From: a virus
DNA length: 46,052 bases
Strand: one strand, 5' to 3'
IMG/VR virus record: IMGVR_UViG_3300045988_022330
Span: 1 to 46,052 of that record
Shown: positions 1-5,675 of the stretch, one piece after another
How the letters are laid out: each line of letters opens with the position of its first letter
Position numbering within the stretch: position 1 is the stretch's first letter
Made by a program: the position numbers and the translations under genes
Notes under the pieces: generated by a model
Seen by the model: the letters and a program-made list of their open reading frames with translations, nothing else
What the model was told of the DNA's origin: nothing
Databases searched by the model: none

Positions 1-119
1 TGTATCGGTTAAATATTGCTCCTGTTTGGGATTTAATCCCAATCGTATAAAGTCCTGCATTTCTTTAATAATAATACTTTCCATACCATACCTTTTAATC
101 ATGTATTCCAAACTCGCAA
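1..119. repeat. Terminal direct repeat, copy 1 (identical to 45934..46052): circular-assembly overlap or terminal redundancy
   Basis: Bases 1-119 (tgtatcggttaaatattgctcc...ccaaactcgcaa) read identically at 45934-46052. Implies a unit genome of 45933 bp. Confidence 0.9.
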
Positions 120-376
120 TCGCCCCACTGGTCGAAATCCGCCCCGTCATAACTAAACGGGTAACGGTCGGCAATCGGTTCCCGGTAATCCGTCCAACAT
201 TCCCGGCGGATATTATTACGGGCAACCCGTTCGGGGTTATATCCGGGCTTTTTCTTTTCTCTAAATTGGGCGGCGCAACTTTTAGAGCAACAACGCCCCC
301 AACCCCGGCGCAAATTCCGGGTATCGGCGTTGTATTCTTTGCCGCAATTATCGCATATCCTTTTTATTATCCCCAT
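95..376 (-). CDS. Small zinc-ribbon protein (93 aa), function unknown
   Basis: The track ORF 95..448 overlaps the upstream gene. The internal ATG at 376 (MGIIKRICDNCGKEY...) follows the upstream stop at 378-380 directly. CxxC plus CCSKSC cysteine cluster. Confidence 0.6.
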   Translation of the reverse strand: MGIIKRICDNCGKEYNADTRNLRRGWGRCCSKSCAAQFREKKKPGYNPERVARNNIRRECWTDYREPIADRYPFSYDGADFDQWGDCEFGIHD

Positions 377-377
377 A

Positions 378-1055
378 TCAACCCTTTGTAAATCCCTTAA
401 AAGCCAAATGATAAACATCATATTTCTTTCCGGTAACATAGAACTCAATCATACGGTTATCGTTTCCAACATCGTTTATATCTATCGTGGGGTATGGTTC
501 GCCGGGCAATTGGTTAAAATCGTCCTCAATGGTGCGTAATCCCTCCGGGTAATCCGAACGGTCGGCGGCAAAATACCGGGTTAAACTTTCTTTTATCCGG
601 GTTAATGTTTCGTCCCCAAATACCGCCTTAATTTTTTCCTGTTTCCTTAGTGCAAATCTCATTTCTAATATCTTTTTTGAAACGTCCACGACCTTTGCGC
701 ACGTTTCCCGGTTAAACATTCCGATATGTGTATATTCCGGCGGCAATCCTAATTGTTTCGACAACCATTCGTAAGCCTCGGTACGCTTCATTAATCCCCG
801 CTTATATATTTCATCAAAATATCGGTGTGCCTCAATCTTACATCGCCTTAATTCGACGTTTGCCAATCGCCCTTTTGCTTGGTTGGTTCCTCTATGAACA
901 CCAACATACGCACCGCATTTGGGGCAATAGTAAATCATCCCGTAATCCTCGCCGTAAACCTCAACACTACTTTTGTATTCGCTCGGTATGTGGCAATACG
1001 GGCAAATCTTACCTTTCAAAATATCCTTTTGTTCCTCTGTTAATTGTATATCCAT
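378..1055 (-). CDS. Zinc-ribbon protein resembling the DUF3268 family (225 aa)
   Basis: N-terminus has CPYC...CPKCGAYVGVH...LANVELRRCKIEAHRYFD, as I recall for the DUF3268 zinc-finger family. Tightly packed with its neighbours. Confidence 0.55.
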   Translation of the reverse strand: MDIQLTEEQKDILKGKICPYCHIPSEYKSSVEVYGEDYGMIYYCPKCGAYVGVHRGTNQAKGRLANVELRRCKIEAHRYFDEIYKRGLMKRTEAYEWLSKQLGLPPEYTHIGMFNRETCAKVVDVSKKILEMRFALRKQEKIKAVFGDETLTRIKESLTRYFAADRSDYPEGLRTIEDDFNQLPGEPYPTIDINDVGNDNRMIEFYVTGKKYDVYHLAFKGFTKG

Positions 1056-1056
1056 A

Positions 1057-1263
1057 TCATACGGTAATTACTCGGCAATACTTATAATATCTATCGTTGA
1101 CACTCTCAACCCGGCATATTAACCCAATGTCGTTACCATCTAATAACAGGCTCAATACGTCGCCGGGATTGTGGCGGGTATATAACAGGAATAACCCGCC
1201 GTTTGCTTTCTGAATGATAGCGTACATTGCTTGGTTAATTCGATAACGTTTTACTTTTTCCAT
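1057..1263 (-). CDS. Hypothetical protein (68 aa)
   Basis: ORF preceded by a GC stem-loop and the conserved TTTAGAGCGATG start context. Stop is 1 nt from the next start. Confidence 0.55.
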   Translation of the reverse strand: MEKVKRYRINQAMYAIIQKANGGLFLLYTRHNPGDVLSLLLDGNDIGLICRVESVNDRYYKYCRVITV

Positions 1264-1279
1264 CGCTCTAAATGATTGT

Positions 1280-1301
1280 GCCGGGGGATTGCGCCCCCGG
1301 C
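1280..1301 (-). repeat. GC-rich intergenic stem-loop (family member)
   Basis: gccggggg-attgcg-cccccggc, a perfect 8-bp stem between the stop at 1308 and the start at 1263. Confidence 0.7.
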
Positions 1302-1307
1302 TTGTTG

Positions 1308-1679
1308 TTACTGCAAATATGCAATTGCGGTTAATCTCTCTTTTTCCTCTTTAGCACTCTGAACGTTTCGGGCAATCCATTGTTCGGCAGGATCTTTTGC
1401 AATCCATTGTTTTCTATACTCCGGAACCCAATTTGCCGCCATTTCTTCATATGCCTTTTCGGGATTTGATAAAATTTTGTTTACCCAACTTAATTGTTTA
1501 CCGTGGTCGCCTTTCCCGATTAAATCTAACCGCCCGAAATAATACGAACCATCAGCAACACACGCCACATAATCACGGGCGGACGTTCGTTTTGAAACGA
1601 TTGCTTTGCTTTCGGTGTCGATAACTTGGTACTCAAATTTCTTTCCTTTTTCTTTCTTGACTAAAATATACTTTGCCAT
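1308..1679 (-). CDS. Hypothetical protein (123 aa)
   Basis: Uninterrupted ORF with an ATG start, flanked by family stem-loops. Confidence 0.6.
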   Translation of the reverse strand: MAKYILVKKEKGKKFEYQVIDTESKAIVSKRTSARDYVACVADGSYYFGRLDLIGKGDHGKQLSWVNKILSNPEKAYEEMAANWVPEYRKQWIAKDPAEQWIARNVQSAKEEKERLTAIAYLQ

Positions 1680-1694
1680 AATCTTTGTTATTAT

Positions 1695-1712
1695 GCCGGG
1701 GTTTCCCCCGGC
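1695..1712 (-). repeat. GC-rich intergenic stem-loop (family member)
   Basis: gccgggg-tttc-ccccggc, between the stop at 1723 and the start at 1679. Confidence 0.65.
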
Positions 1713-1722
1713 TGATTAAACA

Positions 1723-2004
1723 TTACTTTTTAATTTCGTATAAACTCAATGAATTTTCGCACAATACCCACGTCGGGAAATTCTGTTTGTTCAGATAACA
1801 AAGGTTCTCTAATGCCGCCCGGCTTGTATAAAACCACAACCCAAACTTTTTGCCGATAAAATATATATCATTAACACCCGTTTCCCGGTATTTCTCCGAT
1901 AACATTTGTTGACTATAAACTATCGAAGAAAAATTAACTTTACCGTCCAATTTGGTTGCAATCTCGGCAATATCTGCCGCCTGTGTTCTTTTCTTTGTTT
2001 CCAT
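1723..2004 (-). CDS. Hypothetical protein (93 aa)
   Basis: ORF with an ATG start, flanked by stem-loops. Confidence 0.55.
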   Translation of the reverse strand: METKKRTQAADIAEIATKLDGKVNFSSIVYSQQMLSEKYRETGVNDIYFIGKKFGLWFYTSRAALENLCYLNKQNFPTWVLCENSLSLYEIKK

Positions 2005-2025
2005 AACTTGAAAATTATATTATTC

Positions 2026-2041
2026 CGGGGAAAACGCCCCG
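2026..2041 (-). repeat. GC-rich intergenic stem-loop (cgggg/ccccg subtype)
   Basis: cgggg-aaaacg-ccccg, the same sequence as at 2320..2335. Confidence 0.6.
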
Positions 2042-2047
2042 TCGTTC

Positions 2048-2299
2048 TTATTGATAGTAAAATGTAATCTTAATACCACGGCGTAACTTACAAACTTCTT
2101 TGTCGCCGTAACAATTAAACGCACGCTTTAACAGACGGTTGACTAACTTAATGTCGCCTACAATCTTAATTAAGCCCGACACGCCAACCAAAGTATTAAC
2201 CTTTTTCCCGTTTACCATTCCGGCAACCTTGATTTTGAAATTATGGTTAATCTCTCTTGTTGTGTAATCTAATCCGTTATAAATGCTTTGCGTATTCAT
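2048..2299 (-). CDS. Hypothetical protein (83 aa)
   Basis: The track ORF starts at 2350, which abuts the -7 promoter box. The internal ATG at 2299 (MNTQSIYNGL...) lies downstream of the leader hairpin and is the more plausible start. Confidence 0.55.
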   Translation of the reverse strand: MNTQSIYNGLDYTTREINHNFKIKVAGMVNGKKVNTLVGVSGLIKIVGDIKLVNRLLKRAFNCYGDKEVCKLRRGIKITFYYQ

Positions 2300-2319
2300 T
2301 GTTTCGCTCTCTAATGTTT

Positions 2320-2335
2320 CGGGGAAAACGCCCCG
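2320..2335 (-). repeat. Promoter-proximal leader stem-loop
   Basis: cgggg-aaaacg-ccccg about 20 nt downstream of the -7 box. Part of the ~88-bp cassette shared with 38863..38948. Confidence 0.6.
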
Positions 2336-2354
2336 TCGTTTTATTATCATGCTG

Positions 2355-2386
2355 CAAATATAGGTAATGTTATTTATATAACCAAA
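2355..2386 (-). promoter_or_regulatory. Bacteroidota-type promoter (-33 TTTG, 20 nt, -7 TATATTTG)
   Basis: Minus strand reads ccTTTGgttatataaataacattaccTATATTTGcagc. It sits after the late-operon terminator and before the small-gene cluster. Confidence 0.7.
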
Positions 2387-2550
2387 GGTTTTATCTTTTA
2401 TTTTTCGATTTACCTATAAAAACTTTCATTTTTGGTTCCAAAAGAGTTATTTTCTCCGAATTTTTGATTTAAGCGACTTTTGAAAGCCGGACGGGTAAAT
2501 TATCCACTTTGAAATAAAACTCCCGGAAACGGGCTAAAAATACGTCATTA

Positions 2551-2584
2551 CAAAAAGGGGCTGCAAACAATCGTTGCAACCCCT
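2551..2584 (-). terminator. Rho-independent terminator ending the late/lysis operon
   Basis: Minus strand reads GGGGTTGCAA-cgattgt-TTGCAGCCCC followed by TTTTTG, directly after the stop at 2591. Confidence 0.8.
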
Positions 2585-2590
2585 CTTTTG

Positions 2591-3205
2591 TTAATCCTCT
2601 ATTGTTATAAACTCAAATCCCAATATCTTTGTCGCCGGGTTCTTACTTACTATATCAATTTCCCGATTCTTTATCTTTTTGGTTTTCCAAAGAAAGCCTA
2701 AAAACCTTTTATACTTTACCGTTTCGGCTATTAGTAAGCTATCACGGTTTATAAATTGCCCGGTAAACAATCCGTTGGGCGTTGTGCATCCGTGTAACTC
2801 AAACCATTTTTCCACAATATCGACACATCGCACAACGGTTGTAATCGTATCGCCCGGCAAATATACAATACTATCTCGGACGGTTGCCCGTAATTCGTTT
2901 ATCGTTTCCATTTGCGCCGTCGTAACCCTTTGCAAATCCCGGTTTTTTGCTTGCAACGATTTTATCAACGCCGCATCTTCCGCCCGGTACTTTTTGAACT
3001 CCGATAATTTCAACTCCAACCCGCCAACCTTTGCGGCGTTTAAACTATCTTTTGTTTGATACGTCTTTACGTCTTGTAACAACGTTTCGGTATTGCTCCG
3101 GTATTTATCCCGCTCGGCTGTTAAACTATTAATTCGCCTTTGCTGAACCCAAAAGGCGGCGGCAACCGCCAAAAGGATTGCCGCCACAATCAAATACTTT
3201 TTCAT
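2591..3205 (-). CDS. N-terminally membrane-anchored coiled-coil protein, spanin-like (204 aa)
   Basis: N-terminal hydrophobic helix (KKYLIVAAILLAVAAAFWV), then heptad-like helical sequence. Last gene of the lysis cluster, with an ATGA overlap to the upstream gene. Confidence 0.45.
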   Translation of the reverse strand: MKKYLIVAAILLAVAAAFWVQQRRINSLTAERDKYRSNTETLLQDVKTYQTKDSLNAAKVGGLELKLSEFKKYRAEDAALIKSLQAKNRDLQRVTTAQMETINELRATVRDSIVYLPGDTITTVVRCVDIVEKWFELHGCTTPNGLFTGQFINRDSLLIAETVKYKRFLGFLWKTKKIKNREIDIVSKNPATKILGFEFITIED

Positions 3206-3588
3206 GCGTTTGCGGTATAAACGATTAACGAACTATCCGGCGTTTTGCTCAAAGTCAACGTGTAATGCCCGCCGACAAACTCAACCGTGCTATTTACTTC
3301 GTCCTCGTTTATCTCCAATTGAGAAAACGAAATAACCACGCCGGAAATATACACTTTAGGAATGTTGTGTAACGGGTCGGCGTTGACGGCATCAATGAAA
3401 GCATCTATTTCCGCTTGTGGATTGGTAACGTTTTTCGTGTCCTCCTCGTTTTCCTCAACCGTAACCGTGAAAACGTCCTCGCAATCTGCAATGATAGCGT
3501 TCAACAACGGGGAAATACTTATTCCCGCTTGGTTCCCTTGGTTTGCAACCAATTGTTCCAAATACTCCTTTTTTTCTTTCTTTGTCAT
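3202..3588 (-). CDS. Acidic hypothetical protein (128 aa)
   Basis: ORF between the amidase and the spanin-like gene. Asp/Glu rich. Confidence 0.55.
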   Translation of the reverse strand: MTKKEKKEYLEQLVANQGNQAGISISPLLNAIIADCEDVFTVTVEENEEDTKNVTNPQAEIDAFIDAVNADPLHNIPKVYISGVVISFSQLEINEDEVNSTVEFVGGHYTLTLSKTPDSSLIVYTANA

Positions 3589-3599
3589 AAACGTATTGA

Positions 3600-4115
3600 T
3601 TAAATGTTACTATATTCAATTGCCGCATCAAAACACGGACAACTTTTCATATACTCCCACGGCTCAATAACGCCGTTGCCGTTCAAATCCGGGCTATAAT
3701 CCCGGTGTCCCTTAATGGTTGCATCCGGGAACATACAGACTAACCGGGACAACAACCATATCAAAGCCTCTTTTTGTTCCGGGGTTCGGGTGTCGGCGGC
3801 TTTTCCGTTGGCATCCAAACCGCCAACGTAACAAACACCAATAGACCGGGAATTTTGCCCGGACACGTGCGCCCCAATTTCCGATAAGTAACGCCCGGTT
3901 TCAATTGTGCCATCCGGCAATACAACGAAATGATAGCCGCAAATACGCCCGCTTTGGGCTTGCTTCTTAAATCCCCGTTGCTTGTGCCATTCGTCGATAA
4001 CATCAACGTTGACTTTTGCGCCCGGCTTGGTTGCACTGCAATGTACAATCAAATCCGTAATCGTTCGGTTTGTCTTTTGATTTTGCAAATAGGTTAAAAT
4101 CTCTTTTTGGTTCAT
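3600..4115 (-). CDS. N-acetylmuramoyl-L-alanine amidase (Amidase_2 / T7-lysozyme/PGRP type endolysin)
   Basis: IVHCSAT...GYHFVV..DG.I..GR......GAHV.G.N..SIGVCYVGG...T.EQ...L..L........I.GHRD....K.CPCFD is the classic Zn-amidase signature. ATGA overlap with the upstream holin-like gene. Confidence 0.9.
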   Translation of the reverse strand: MNQKEILTYLQNQKTNRTITDLIVHCSATKPGAKVNVDVIDEWHKQRGFKKQAQSGRICGYHFVVLPDGTIETGRYLSEIGAHVSGQNSRSIGVCYVGGLDANGKAADTRTPEQKEALIWLLSRLVCMFPDATIKGHRDYSPDLNGNGVIEPWEYMKSCPCFDAAIEYSNI

Positions 4116-4627
4116 TGCTCAACCTCCTTTCCTTTCTCGTTAATAATATCGTCATGTTCTCGTTGGTACCTTTCAATTATCGGTTGCCAATATGCGGGCA
4201 ACACCCGTGTAAATTCCAACCGGATAACATGGTAAATAATACGCAACGCAACCTTTGTGGGATATGCTTTAATAAGGTTGCGGAATGCGTTTTGCAAATA
4301 TACATACACGAAAATGTATGTAAGCGATTTAATTACTATTTTGGCGGCTTCATTGTCACCACATTGTAGCATTACCGAATATATAACGTGTATAATGGTA
4401 ACGTACAAAAGTAATTCCGCCAACGCATTCTTAAACTTACTGAATCGAAAGTTTTTGCAATGCCTCACGCTTATACCGTCTGCCCGCATACCCGCCCAAA
4501 TGTTGAAAGCGAACATTATAACCAATGCGTACATAAAACCCGCCGTTGGCGTTAAATAAGCCAAAACCGGGCTTAACGACGTGGCAAATATCATTCGCCA
4601 TTGTTCCCACGTAAAAAGTTTATCCAT
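4112..4627 (-). CDS. Multi-pass membrane protein, putative holin (171 aa)
   Basis: Several hydrophobic helices and a charged C-terminus. Immediately upstream of the amidase and translationally coupled to it. Confidence 0.55.
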   Translation of the reverse strand: MDKLFTWEQWRMIFATSLSPVLAYLTPTAGFMYALVIMFAFNIWAGMRADGISVRHCKNFRFSKFKNALAELLLYVTIIHVIYSVMLQCGDNEAAKIVIKSLTYIFVYVYLQNAFRNLIKAYPTKVALRIIYHVIRLEFTRVLPAYWQPIIERYQREHDDIINEKGKEVEQ

Positions 4628-4642
4628 ATTCTAAATGATTAT

Positions 4643-4664
4643 GCCGGGGGATTGCTCCCCCGGC
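4643..4664 (-). repeat. GC-rich intergenic stem-loop (family member)
   Basis: gccggggg-attgct-cccccggc followed by ataatcatttagaatATG. Nearly identical to the copy at 1280..1301. Confidence 0.7.
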
Positions 4665-4670
4665 TTGTTA

Positions 4671-5663
4671 TCAAAATAATTTATTAAATGCGCTTAATAA
4701 AGTTTTTAATGCCGGAATATATGTAACTTCATCCGAAACGTCTATTGTTCCATCATGGAAAGCCAAAAAGCGGGTTTCTAATCCTGCCGTCAATGATGTA
4801 CGGTTAACTGAATTGGTAATATTATTCCATGAAGCATTCAAACCGAATAAACATTTTTTTGCTAAATCAACGTTTGATAAAGTATTATAATCATCTCTAT
4901 CCGCCGTTTCATTTGAAAAAACAATATTATCCAAATTGTTATTACGTGTACGATATTGCATAATATTTTGTCCTGTTGTTTTATAACTTTCTCCAAAATA
5001 TTTAGACGTTCCCGAAAAGAAAGAATTACCCAGAGCACTACCACTAACTATCCTACTAAATAATTCTTGCGCAAATAAACCATCAGCCGTAAAACCCAAA
5101 TAGTTATTTGTTTCAAATCCGCTTGCTTGTGTAATTCTAAATAACGAACCACTATTGACACATTGACCGTACCAATTAATCCCATAATTACCATTATTTG
5201 CGTTTGTATTCTTATCCGTTTTTGTAAATAAATCATAAACGGATAAATTTAATACCAAACATAAATCCGTCCTATACGGTTTTGCCGATAATACATTGTT
5301 GTTTCCATCAACTGAAAAATATCTATAATATTCTTCGTTAAAATTTAAGCCTACACCAGTTGCGCCAATAACCAACGGTTTGTTTTTTGAAAATCTATCT
5401 ACCATAGGAATTGCAGCCGCCTTAAACGTTTCCGAATTTCCTATAAATGGCAACACGTATAATAATTTGTCTAACCAACCGTATTTTTTACCCGTTTCAA
5501 AAAAAGCGGTTACGGCTGTTAATTTATTCTCTGTAAATGTATAATTACATTCACTCATTGCATTTAGATATAATCCTAAATCTCTGTTTTCTACTATACC
5601 GTAGTCCGTTAATATCGGAAAATCTCCGGTAACAATTCCTTTTAAAGTTGTTAATGTTGTCAT
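4671..5663 (-). CDS. Hypothetical tail-fibre-associated protein (330 aa)
   Basis: Long ORF directly downstream of the fibre gene. Asn/Ser/Thr rich. The DNA is visibly AT-rich compared with the rest of the genome. Confidence 0.6.
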   Translation of the reverse strand: MTTLTTLKGIVTGDFPILTDYGIVENRDLGLYLNAMSECNYTFTENKLTAVTAFFETGKKYGWLDKLLYVLPFIGNSETFKAAAIPMVDRFSKNKPLVIGATGVGLNFNEEYYRYFSVDGNNNVLSAKPYRTDLCLVLNLSVYDLFTKTDKNTNANNGNYGINWYGQCVNSGSLFRITQASGFETNNYLGFTADGLFAQELFSRIVSGSALGNSFFSGTSKYFGESYKTTGQNIMQYRTRNNNLDNIVFSNETADRDDYNTLSNVDLAKKCLFGLNASWNNITNSVNRTSLTAGLETRFLAFHDGTIDVSDEVTYIPALKTLLSAFNKLF

Positions 5664-5675
5664 TTCTATAAATAT

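Noticed and set aside
2300-2350. N-terminal extensions of track ORFs starting at 2350, 45380, 19043, 16476, 448 and 27021
   Set aside because: These starts fall inside a -7 promoter box (2350; 45380 is a TTG within TTTG), inside a terminator hairpin (19043), or deep inside the upstream gene (16476, 448, 27021). Internal ATGs placed right after the upstream stop codons are more consistent with the tight packing of this genome.
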